Shown here: positions 19,996 to 28,144 of the stretch, in pieces
Position numbering within the stretch: the first letter of the stretch is position 1
Layout: the number at the start of each line of letters is the position of its first letter
NCBI GenBank assembly: GCA_965231145.1
Contig: OZ246420.1
Coordinates: 960,001-992,000 of the forward strand
Origin: Candidatus Saccharimonadota bacterium
GTDB lineage: Bacteria > Patescibacteriota > Gracilibacteria > Absconditabacterales > Absconditicoccaceae
Reading direction: 5' to 3'
DNA: 32,000 nucleotides
The notes under the pieces: model-generated
What the model was told of the DNA's origin: nothing
Database searches by the model: none
What the model saw: the letters and a program-made list of their open reading frames with translations, nothing else
Made by a program: the position numbers and the translations under genes

Positions 19996-20814
19996 ATGAA
20001 ACAGACAATTATTGCACTTCTTATTTTCACGCTCAGCGTGACATCATGCACCAAGCGTGACCCTTTTCCTGAAGGCGCGGTTGAGCCTTCGGCTCCCGCA
20101 AGCGAGACAAGCACACCCAATACACAGGCTAAAATAAGCGTCTCTGGCAGCAATGTGGAGTATCGTATCAACACAGTATACGAAAACAACTATGTACATT
20201 GCTGCCAGCTTGGCGTGAGCAATGGCGGCAACGCATGTGGCCCGGCTTCATATATGCTCGCAGCGCATATGGTTGCCGCCGGCAACGGCTGGAGTTTTAT
20301 GCCAAGCAATACGACTAAGCTGACGGCTATTGTGAATAACATCGGAGCGATGCCTATCGACATGGGGCAGATTAGCACCTATGTCTCTCGCTACGATGGT
20401 ACCTACCTGAAAACGACGACACGCATTACCACAGACCGGAATAACTTTAAAAGTTTTCTGGAAAACAGCCTGGCCACAGGCGACCCGGTAATAGTACCGA
20501 TACGCATCAGCGGAAGTTCTCGTGCAAATGATAGTCGCTATACGACGGAAAATAGTTCAAACAATTATGACTTGGATGGAAGCGATCAGTACGGACGACC
20601 AAACTATATAAATACGTCTGGCATCGGACACTTTGTTGTGGTGATAGGTATCAAAGTAATAGGTTCGACAGGCAACGGATACGTCTACTACAAAGATCCA
20701 CTCGCCTCCGGCGGTGCAACGAAAGTATGTGTCTATGGCCGCTTCCTCAACTCCGCCCTGGCAAATGGTGCCAGTAGTAGTTACTATGATGCCATCACTA
20801 TTAGTAAAAAATAA
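19996..20814 (+). CDS. Lipoprotein, papain-fold cysteine peptidase of the C39-like (C39_2-type) kind
   Basis: Intact ORF. The signal peptide plus Cys (MKQTIIALLIFTLSVTSC) marks a lipoprotein. The putative nucleophile is in GGNACGPASYMLAA and the His in IGHFVVVIG. The stop is TAA and there is no TGA. By eye it is GC-richer than its flanks, with an A/C-rich leader (CAATTCAAAAATAATCACAATTTAAAAAC). Confidence 0.7.
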   Translation: MKQTIIALLIFTLSVTSCTKRDPFPEGAVEPSAPASETSTPNTQAKISVSGSNVEYRINTVYENNYVHCCQLGVSNGGNACGPASYMLAAHMVAAGNGWSFMPSNTTKLTAIVNNIGAMPIDMGQISTYVSRYDGTYLKTTTRITTDRNNFKSFLENSLATGDPVIVPIRISGSSRANDSRYTTENSSNNYDLDGSDQYGRPNYINTSGIGHFVVVIGIKVIGSTGNGYVYYKDPLASGGATKVCVYGRFLNSALANGASSSYYDAITISKK

Positions 20815-20903
20815 CCCATCGATCAACGAGATACACAAAACAAAAACAAAAGTCTTCTGTTCCCAGGAGACTCCTTAGCGATTTAGCTTCTTATATATGT
20901 TCT

Positions 20904-21563
20904 ATGAAAAAATATATATTTGTACTTATTGCCTGCATCTCTTTCTCTTTAGCGTGATGCAGTATGCAAAGTGACACGGCAGAGGTGGTTGGCAAGAAAC
21001 GATATAAGCCCACTCACCCTCTCAGTGATGGTATGTGAGGAGATAGTTCATGAAGACTCTATGGAGAGTTTTCACGTTATAGCTCGCAAGAGTTATGAGT
21101 TTCTTTTGAGTACATTTCCGATGCATCAGTGAAATCAACTATTGATAGCGAAACAGTTATTGTTCGTAGCGGCAATACGCTCTCGACAAAAGATCAGTTT
21201 GGATCTCGTATTCTCATGCTCGTCTTTTCCGGAGCAAATATATGATGAGATACGGGAACTCTTGAAAAGCATTTTCGTCTTGCTGAGTATCCTTTGTGCA
21301 GGCTCACTGCTACTTCACCTATCACGAAACAAGAATGAACAAAAGCTAATAATAATTTCACATATTACGAATTACTCTTTTCCTGAACAGATTTTCCTCA
21401 AGACGGAAGCTCTTTTTGTCCTTATCAGAATCGCAGTAGCATAGTACCATTACTTATCACAGACAAAAAAATACCTAATAAAATAGTTATGACCTTTCTG
21501 TGTGAAGGTTGCGGCCCTGATCCAGACTTATCATGGATAGAAACTTTACAGATAGTAAAATAA
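20904..21563 (+). CDS. Lipoprotein of unknown function, readable only with TGA=Gly
   Basis: 219 codons free of TAA/TAG, with 8 in-frame TGA. The N-terminus MKKYIFVLIACISFSLA[TGA]CS gives a textbook lipobox L-A-G-C. The stop is TAA at 21561-21563. Track ORF 21142-21444 is in a different frame. Confidence 0.65.
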
Positions 21564-21573
21564 TTTTTTGTAT

Positions 21574-21597
21574 AAAAAAATCCTAGGAAACCCTAGG
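21574..21597. terminator. Bidirectional terminator (CCTAGG-AAAC-CCTAGG)
   Basis: Hairpin at 21582-21597, preceded by an A-run that is a T-run on the minus strand. It sits between the convergent genes 20904-21563 (+) and 21593-21808 (-). Confidence 0.55.
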
Positions 21598-21808
21598 GAG
21601 TAGTTGCGTAAGGTGGTTGATACTTTTTGCGTTTCTTTACATCGCGCTGAGCAATTGCTGCTTCTCGCTCTACATAATACTTATTTTCCGCATAGTACGG
21701 ATCGCCTGGTATATCCCCTCCTTCAGCATATTTGCTTTTATGAAGGCAAACAATAATGCTGAATAGCAGCATAGCTGCGAATGCTTGAAATATTTCTTTT
21801 TTGTTCAT
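21593..21808 (-). CDS. Hypothetical small membrane-anchored protein (71 aa)
   Basis: Intact ORF with a TAG stop and a hydrophobic N-terminal segment (AFAAMLLFSIIVCL). I recognise no family. Confidence 0.45.
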   Translation of the reverse strand: MNKKEIFQAFAAMLLFSIIVCLHKSKYAEGGDIPGDPYYAENKYYVEREAAIAQRDVKKRKKYQPPYATTP

Positions 21809-21914
21809 AGCGGACTTATTTATTGTTTTGTTTACGCGTAAATGATACGCACAAAATACTACTTTTCAAGTGTTTTTATCGCACCATAAAAAAGCTCGCG
21901 GAGTACCAACGGTC

Positions 21915-22103
21915 CTACGTGAATGACATACGAAAAAGGACAGGAATAACATTCCTACCGCAGGCAGGTCCTGTCCCCACCAAAATGGATCTAAAATATT
22001 ACGTCCCTACAACCCAACATATTAAACGGACGCATTATTGATGCGTCCCTACAAACGATTCTACGTGAATTATATACGCAAAAGGACAGGAATAATCCTG
22101 TCC
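21915..22103. repeat. Cluster of REP-like palindromic elements (two hairpin types, each followed by CTAC)
   Basis: A 35-nt direct repeat occurs at 21915-21949 and 22061-22095 (4 mismatches). Hairpin GGACAGGA..TCCTGTCC occurs at 21938-21976 and 22084-22103. Hairpin GGACGCAT-TATTG-ATGCGTCC at 22028-22048 is followed by CTACAA. The GGACGCA/TGCGTCC palindrome recurs at 31543-31849 next to and inside the RAYT-like gene. Confidence 0.6.
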
Positions 22104-22122
22104 CTACCATATCAAATATTTA

Positions 22123-23670
22123 TTATTTCTCATCTCTTATTTCATCTAATACCTTCTGATAAATACATACCATCGCCCATGTATCTTGTTTACAGTACTC
22201 TAACAGATCCTGAATATGTTTGTTGCATACATCTGTTTCATACCTACCCTGGACGATCCCGGCCAGCAGCTCTGCTGCGATGGCGCCGTGTAGGACTGCG
22301 AGTCCGTCGTATGAGATGTCAGTGAGCACCGGTAAGACTTTTTTGATAGATGATGATCCGTGAAATTTACGATGGAAATATAATTGTTCGCTGAAGATTT
22401 CCATGAGGTCGAAAGTTTTTTCATTGATCTTTGCAAACACTTCTGCATATTGCGGATAGTGTTTCGCCATCTCGTCGTTTCTTGCATTTTCAAATCCCTT
22501 GAACCAGACAACGTACGTTCCTTCACCCCCTTCCAGATCTTGCACAAGCTGCTCCACGATCGTCTCGTTATCCTTCGCGCCCGCACCCACAATCGCCTCT
22601 TTATGCGAGATCGTTCCATCTTCATCCATGCGATGCACAGAGTACTGCACCACGCACTGCTGCCATGGAGATGTTCATTCAAGCAGCGGCACCGGCCATG
22701 CGATCGTTTCATAGTCGTAGAAAAATATCGGAAAATGGATGCTCTCCATTTTTTGTTTGATGCCATCGACATTAACAACTTTCTCTCACTGTTGCCATAG
22801 CGATACGTAATTACTCGCTCTTGTTTCATCGCCGCTCGCCGCGAAAAGCACCGCCCTCTCATCTTCCGTAAAATGATCAATCAGTTGTTTTCCTATCTCA
22901 TACAGATCTTTTTTCTTATTTCTAATCTGCGGGATATACCACATCGTTCCCTTTTCAGCCTCCTTCCCAAAAAACGTTAGATGATCTTCGTTATCGTATG
23001 GATAAAGCTTGGTGAACTCCTCTCTTTCCAGCTTGATTGTCTTCGTCATCGAGTCGATGATATTGAGCATCGCTTCTTCTTTTTTGAGTTCCGCACTCAC
23101 GTCTTCACGAAGCAACAGCTCTTCAGGATTTATCTCTCCGTGTCTGACATACTCTTTATTCATATATACCAAAAATATTTTTCCTGAATATTTTTCTTTC
23201 AATACTCTCCTCACGATAAAATCCTGAAAACTCACATCCGCTTGTAGATCATCTAATAGCTCCGCTGACTTCGTCTTTTTTCTTACGCCGTTTTTTGCTT
23301 TCACCTCCCGGATGTCATACGTTCCTTCTGCATTTTTTACGAGAAAATCACACTTTGCAAAAAGATTATCCAACAGAAATGCTGGTTGATAGATCACATC
23401 CGGAGACTGTGCAATGGCTTCGAGCGTGACATTATGAAATCACTGATACCAGTCAGGATGCTTACGCTGGATCTTATCGACATTCACAATATTTTTTCAT
23501 GCAAAAAGACGACAGACCTGTTCCTCAGCAGCTCTTCCGACCGCCAAACCATCCATCTCTCCATAGAGCTTTTCCATAATTTTCTCATACACGTTTTTAT
23601 CATGCACATGCCACCACGCAACATGTGGTGCTGTGACGAATTCGACGAAGAGGGATTTGGTAAGTTTCAT
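22123..23670 (-). CDS. DUF2779-family protein (PD-(D/E)XK-like nuclease N-domain + RNase H-like/exonuclease-like C-domain)
   Basis: Track pieces 22786-23397 and 22123-22653 plus the gaps form one frame of 1548 nt with 4 TGA. It runs from ATG at 23670 to TAA at 22123-22125. Family hallmarks: HFPIFFYDYETIAWPVPLLE[G]TSPWQQCVVQYSVH and FHGSSSIKKVLPVLT..SYDGL. Confidence 0.8.
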
Positions 23671-23705
23671 AGATAGCGATAGTAATTAATAATAAACTCT
23701 ATTTC

Positions 23706-24584
23706 TTATAATGCTACTACTCTTAATAAAACCTCTTTCCAATTTGATGACATCCTCATATGTGAGATTTGGACATGAGAATGTTTTTTTAATAACACTT
23801 CTAGCTTCTTTATAAAGTTCTTAGGTTTTGAATTAGCATGTTTTAAAAGCACGACAATTACTATAGCGTATGAAAAGAAGGAATCAGCATCCTGAAAAAA
23901 ACTAGTGTAATTATTATTGCTTACTTTTAATTTTCACGTCATTGTTTTGTTCCAAAGCCTATCATGATGAGCACAAATATTTCTCATATGAGCTAAACAT
24001 CGCATTCGATTTTCATAGACGAGAAAGTATAATTGCGACACACTACTAATCTGCATCTGATATTGTGGATTGAGGCATTTGTAAATCGACACAGCCTCAC
24101 CAAATGACGCTATCTGTAGAATAATCCAAATAGGTGGATATGGCGGCGCGTTATAAGTTTTGTAATAATGCCTAACGGTATAATGATCTTTATTTTTTTC
24201 TACGATATCTTTTATTTTTTTCTCTAAACGAGGGAAGTCTTTAAAGAGTTGTGAATTAAGGTGATAAAAAGATCCATCTAATTCTCAGATTTCACGTATT
24301 AATGCGGATTTAAAAGAATTTTCTATGATTTCAAGATACTCTACACACAAAGATCTTAATTTTTTATCAAACTCATAAAGCTCTACGAGGTGATCAAAAG
24401 TAACATCTTTTTGAAAACTATCATCGCTGTTTTGATAAGCTTTTGCATAAATAGAAATACGATAGTATCCCACATTTTTCAAATACCACACTACTTTTTT
24501 AGTCTTGGATATTATCAATCACCTACTATGAAATAGGCTTATTTGCTGGTCAACTGTAAGTATTGGCTTTATATAGTCAGTCAT
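23706..24584 (-). CDS. Abi_2 family (AbiD/AbiF-like) abortive-infection-type protein
   Basis: 293 codons in one frame with 3 TGA, from ATG at 24584 to TAA at 23706-23708. Motifs: LKNVGYYRISIY, LYEFDKKLRSL, and the family signature MRNICAHHDRLWN. Confidence 0.8.
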
Positions 24585-24766
24585 ATCTTTATATTTTCCT
24601 TTTTAAAAACTTGCAATATGAATAATATTCATTAATATAGTTACATCAATATCTGCCAGCCTCTGCTTAACGGCATGCCAACCGGGCAGATTTTTGTTAT
24701 ATAAATTTTTACGTTATCACTTATTCTACCCATTCCCATTAAAATAACAATCTCACACTACAGTTC

Positions 24767-24794
24767 TTGACATTTATTGGAAGAAGATTATCAT
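24767..24794 (+). promoter_or_regulatory. Cassette promoter 1: TTGACA-N16-TATCAT
   Basis: TTGACA at 24767-24772 and TATCAT at 24789-24794, then the leader TCATCAAAAAAC, with ATG at 24824. Confidence 0.5.
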
Positions 24795-24823
24795 ATCGGT
24801 TCATCAAAAAACATAACTAATTT

Positions 24824-26002
24824 ATGAAAAGAAAATTATTTGTACCCCAAACCATTACGGTTCCTACTGTAGCAGGAGATGGCATTGGCAAAGAAATTAT
24901 GCCCGCTATTATCGCCATACATATGGCAGCAAGCTCCCCCATCCACTTTGCAACCGGCTATATGCTCGGCCAGCAGTCTCTGGATATGGGCGGTATGCTT
25001 ATACCAAAGGAACTGACAGATGCCTTTACGAAGCATAAAATTCTGTTCAAAGGCCCTCTGGCAACACCTAAAGGGAAAGGCCATAAAAGCATCAACCTGA
25101 CTCTCAGGGACATGTTCAACCTGCATACCAACTTCCGGCCAGTTACTTCACTACCCGGTATCACTACCAGGTTCAGCCAACTAACAGGCGCCATTATGGA
25201 CCTTATCCCCTGGCGTAATCAGAGCGTGGACATCGTAGTATTCCGCGAGAATACGGAAGATCTTTACAAGAACACTGAAGAGTTTTCCGGCGACAATGAA
25301 GATGCTACCATCACATTTAAGCTTTCGAAGGCGGCTGCGCGCAAGATACTTACTTCAGCAGCAGAATATGCTATAAAGGCCGGGCGCAAAAAGATAACCT
25401 TCATCCACAAGTCAAACATCATAAAGGCATATGGCCTCTATATAGATGTGATGACCAAAGAGATAGCGCCTCAATACCCTGACCTACAGTTCGAGGAATA
25501 TGTAGTGGATGCTTACTGTGAGAAAGTGGTAATGGATCCTACCAGGTTCGATATTGTTGTTGCCCCGAACCTTTTTGGCGACATCGTGTCTGACCTGCAT
25601 TTGGGCCTCATCGGCGGTCTTGGCTTTGGCCCTGGCGCCAACCTCGGCGACGAATACGCTATGTTCGAGGCCATACATGGCTCTGCTGACGGCACAGATG
25701 GCATAGCCGGCAAAGGCATTGCAAACCCTACCGGCATGCTCCTTTCCAGCGTACTTATGCTGGAACATGTGGGCGACTACATCACAGCAGAACGCATAAA
25801 AAGTGCGTTGTTCTATGTGCTGGAGCACAAGAAAGACGCCTGTACTCCGGACTGTCTGGGCGATGTGGACAAAGCCGTAAAAGCCGCTCATCCCGGCACT
25901 ACTGCCACGATGGAAGCGGCCATCATCGCTGCTCTCGCAGATACCCACCGCACCTTCAACCAGGAGTGGCTGGAAGCAAGCGGCGCTGCAGTGACGGCAT
26001 AA
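24824..26002 (+). CDS. icd: Isocitrate dehydrogenase-like protein (isocitrate/isopropylmalate dehydrogenase family)
   Basis: Intact 392-aa ORF. IDH-type substrate motif KSINLTLRDMFNLHTNFRP (cf. E. coli SLNVALRQELDLYICLRP). Other motifs: VVFRENTEDLY, IHKSNIIK, NLFGDIVSD, GANLGDEYAMFEAIHGSA...AGKGIANP. The stop is TAA and there is no TGA. It looks GC-richer than the backbone. Confidence 0.85.
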   Translation: MKRKLFVPQTITVPTVAGDGIGKEIMPAIIAIHMAASSPIHFATGYMLGQQSLDMGGMLIPKELTDAFTKHKILFKGPLATPKGKGHKSINLTLRDMFNLHTNFRPVTSLPGITTRFSQLTGAIMDLIPWRNQSVDIVVFRENTEDLYKNTEEFSGDNEDATITFKLSKAAARKILTSAAEYAIKAGRKKITFIHKSNIIKAYGLYIDVMTKEIAPQYPDLQFEEYVVDAYCEKVVMDPTRFDIVVAPNLFGDIVSDLHLGLIGGLGFGPGANLGDEYAMFEAIHGSADGTDGIAGKGIANPTGMLLSSVLMLEHVGDYITAERIKSALFYVLEHKKDACTPDCLGDVDKAVKAAHPGTTATMEAAIIAALADTHRTFNQEWLEASGAAVTA

Positions 26003-26046
26003 CTTTTTGCCATTGGTACCTATAATATCCTATTATGCCCCCGGAA

Positions 26047-26071
26047 ATCCGGGGGCTTTTTCTTATGTTAC
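26047..26071 (+). terminator. Rho-independent terminator of the icd-like gene
   Basis: GCCCCCGG-AAAT-CCGGGGGC at 26047-26066, followed by TTTTT. Confidence 0.75.
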
Positions 26072-26254
26072 AATTACTTTAGTTCTCGGATAGAATACAC
26101 AGACACAACCAAAAACTATCATTATGCAAGCAGCCCCAATACCTACCTGCTACCTTATATCCAATCTCCTTTGTGAATTAAGGTACCAAGCGACCAACTT
26201 ATGGGCATAGCCCACCCACAGTAAAGCCTGTATTGTACGTGCCTTTTCTTATGG

Positions 26255-26283
26255 CTGACATTTCAGCACAAATTTCTTACAAT
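26255..26283 (+). promoter_or_regulatory. Cassette promoter 2: cTGACA-N17-TACAAT
   Basis: CTGACA at 26255-26260 and TACAAT at 26278-26283, then the leader TCAAACAAAA at 26292-26301. Confidence 0.45.
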
Positions 26284-26317
26284 TCTTCTCGTCAAACAAA
26301 ATGATCACCCATAAAAT

Positions 26318-27127
26318 ATGCTATGTATGGAAATGAAAATCAAAATAACGGGGAAACCACTTGTACTTAACACATTAGACAATCTCCAGCCAAACAAAAA
26401 GGTATGGTTGTCGCATGAGTCTTTGCTCTTTACCAAAACAAACGATTTCTACATCTATAAGAAAGCCCAATTTGTAGGCCGGGCATCTCCGGATAATGGC
26501 TATATTGTTCCTGTCGAGCTTGACGAAGAAGGATATCTGAACGTATGCTTTAAAGAAATACGCTTTGCCTTTAACATGAGCGATGACAAAGAGCTCAAAG
26601 ATGTTGATATCAATGAATATCTCCATCTTAGCAATGTAGAAATGGAAAAACAAAAAGACGACAGGGATTGGATTAGAAGATCAATGATAGACGACTTGTT
26701 CCAGTCTTTCAGTCTTTGCCTTCTCAACGATCTTTGTCCCATGGAGAACTTACTTTGTATCCATGAGACATTGTTGGATCGCATAGTGAGTTGTGAAGAT
26801 AAGGATTTATTAGAAGACCTTGTCGAATTCTGCTCACGAAATTTCAAGGAAGAAAGCCTTATTGCATCATCAGATGAACAAGCTGAAGCTTTGGAACAAA
26901 ACCTGGAATTGCTCACTGCCAAATTACACAAAAGAGTCGATGAAGTCCAAAATTTATTAGACTCTTTAAAAGTCGTCGCCACAGAACGTGTCGCCCTTTT
27001 GCCTCAGGAAGAGACAGAAGAGAGCATGCAAAAAGATCTCGATACAGCAATAGCACAAGAAGACTACAACAAAGCTGTTGATATAAGAAATAACATGCTG
27101 GGAAAGGGGTTTAAGCCTAACAGTTGA
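26318..27127 (+). CDS. Hypothetical protein (about 266-269 aa) with a C-terminal UVR-like motif; stops on TGA
   Basis: Intact ORF with possible starts at 26318, 26327 and 26333. The C-terminus MQKDLDTAIAQEDYNKAVDIRNNM resembles the UvrB/UvrC/McsA UVR motif (M..A....dfE.AA.lRD.i). The stop is TGA at 27125-27127, 20 nt before the terminator. Confidence 0.7.
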   Translation: MLCMEMKIKITGKPLVLNTLDNLQPNKKVWLSHESLLFTKTNDFYIYKKAQFVGRASPDNGYIVPVELDEEGYLNVCFKEIRFAFNMSDDKELKDVDINEYLHLSNVEMEKQKDDRDWIRRSMIDDLFQSFSLCLLNDLCPMENLLCIHETLLDRIVSCEDKDLLEDLVEFCSRNFKEESLIASSDEQAEALEQNLELLTAKLHKRVDEVQNLLDSLKVVATERVALLPQEETEESMQKDLDTAIAQEDYNKAVDIRNNMLGKGFKPNS

Positions 27128-27146
27128 AATAGAACAAGTTATTACA

Positions 27147-27170
27147 AGCCCCGTTATTCGGGGTTTTTCT
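27147..27170 (+). terminator. Rho-independent terminator of cassette 2
   Basis: CCCCG-TTATT-CGGGG at 27149-27163 with extending A-T/G-U pairs and a T-run, running into TTTTTCTTTTA and the next -35. Confidence 0.7.
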
Positions 27171-27174
27171 TTTA

Positions 27175-27203
27175 TTGACATTTCCTAATATAAAAGTTAT
27201 CAT
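27175..27203 (+). promoter_or_regulatory. Cassette promoter 3: TTGACA-N17-TATCAT
   Basis: TTGACA at 27175-27180 and TATCAT at 27198-27203, then the leader TCAAACAAAAAGACAAACCT, with ATG at 27227. Confidence 0.5.
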
Positions 27204-27226
27204 TGCTCAAACAAAAAGACAAACCT

Positions 27227-28030
27227 ATGGAAAAAAATGGTATATTAGCTCGACCTTTTATAAAGGATATTTCTAAGGGAAAGGTATTTTACTGCAATCC
27301 CGACATCTCTGTAGTAGTATTCCCTGAGGATAAATTAGTGTATTTGTGCCCTTATGGAGAAGCTTCACAAACATACAATAAGGAACTAAACCTTATTTGT
27401 CCTATCCAAAAAATTGATGGTAGCGTTATTCTCATGCCAGATACTGTGTATGTGCATACCGCATATCATAAAAGCCAAAAGAAAATCATGGAAAGCATTA
27501 TTGATTGGTATCAGCTACCTACTCACATCACTATCACCGGTAATATACCGTCACCAATAGACTTACCTTATGAAGCAATGGACGTACTCTCTCTCGAGAG
27601 CTATCTAACAGATTGGCTGACAATTTGTGAAGACAATAAAAGAAAACCTGTAAAAGTAGAAGAAGTTCTTACTATTAAAAAAGTTTTTCTGAAAAAGATC
27701 GAGACTGAAACGAACAAACAAACACTCATCGAAACATGGAACAATGTAGAAGTATCTCTAAACGAATTCAATGACGAATCCACGCAAGCGCTACTACATG
27801 AGATACACCAATCACTATCAAACAGGCTTTTGACTCTCGGTAGTAGAAAGGCATCTAGAAACGCAAAAGATAAAATTCCTTTAGAAGAATCCTCTCTATC
27901 TGATCTAAAGACGAATTTTAATGCCTACACTAAAGAAGAATTTGACGCTTTTCTAAGCGGATTAGATGGAGACGCAAGCGAAACTGCATTAGCAATAGCC
28001 CAATACATACGAGACCATCGCCCAAATTAG
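27227..28030 (+). CDS. Hypothetical protein (267 aa)
   Basis: Intact ORF. The track starts it at TTG 27203, but ATG 27227 fits the leader spacing of the other cassettes. The stop is TAG. I recognise no family. Confidence 0.7.
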   Translation: MEKNGILARPFIKDISKGKVFYCNPDISVVVFPEDKLVYLCPYGEASQTYNKELNLICPIQKIDGSVILMPDTVYVHTAYHKSQKKIMESIIDWYQLPTHITITGNIPSPIDLPYEAMDVLSLESYLTDWLTICEDNKRKPVKVEEVLTIKKVFLKKIETETNKQTLIETWNNVEVSLNEFNDESTQALLHEIHQSLSNRLLTLGSRKASRNAKDKIPLEESSLSDLKTNFNAYTKEEFDAFLSGLDGDASETALAIAQYIRDHRPN

Positions 28031-28060
28031 ATCAACAAAATTTTATTATCACAACATCTT

Positions 28061-28085
28061 AAAACCGGTCATGTACCGGTTTTTC
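28061..28085 (+). terminator. Rho-independent terminator of cassette 3
   Basis: AAAACCGGT-CATGT-ACCGGTTTT at 28061-28083, then TTTTTCTTATTC. Confidence 0.7.
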
Positions 28086-28091
28086 TTATTC

Positions 28092-28119
28092 TTGACATCT
28101 TTTTTTAAAAAATTATCAT
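28092..28119 (+). promoter_or_regulatory. Cassette promoter 4: TTGACA-N16-TATCAT
   Basis: TTGACA at 28092-28097 and TATCAT at 28114-28119, then the leader TCAAACAAAACCAATCGT, with ATG at 28145. Confidence 0.5.
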
Positions 28120-28144
28120 TTCCGGGTCAAACAAAACCAATCGT

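Noticed and set aside
21142-21444. 100-aa plus-strand track ORF
   Set aside because: It is in a different frame from the 219-codon TAA/TAG-free reading that starts with a signal peptide and lipobox. Its sequence is low-complexity.
21823-22325. Two plus-strand track ORFs (72 and 95 aa)
   Set aside because: They are built from the REP-like repeats (repeated peptide YVN.IRKRTGI). The second also runs antisense into DUF2779.
22200-22880. 226-aa minus-strand ORF (Arg/Ser-rich) overlapping DUF2779
   Set aside because: It is an alternative frame of the DUF2779 gene. The composition is not protein-like, and the DUF2779 frame carries the family hallmarks.
25484-25948. 154-aa and 74-aa minus-strand ORFs within the icd-like gene
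   Set aside because: They are antisense shadows of a well-supported IDH-family CDS.
24767-28144. Reading the cassette promoters as Bacteroidota-type -33 TTTG / -7 TAnnTTTG elements to name a donor phylum
   Set aside because: The boxes fit the ordinary sigma70 geometry TTGACA-N16/17-TATCAT at least as well. The A/C-rich, SD-less leaders are suggestive but not diagnostic, so donor taxonomy cannot be called from the sequence alone.
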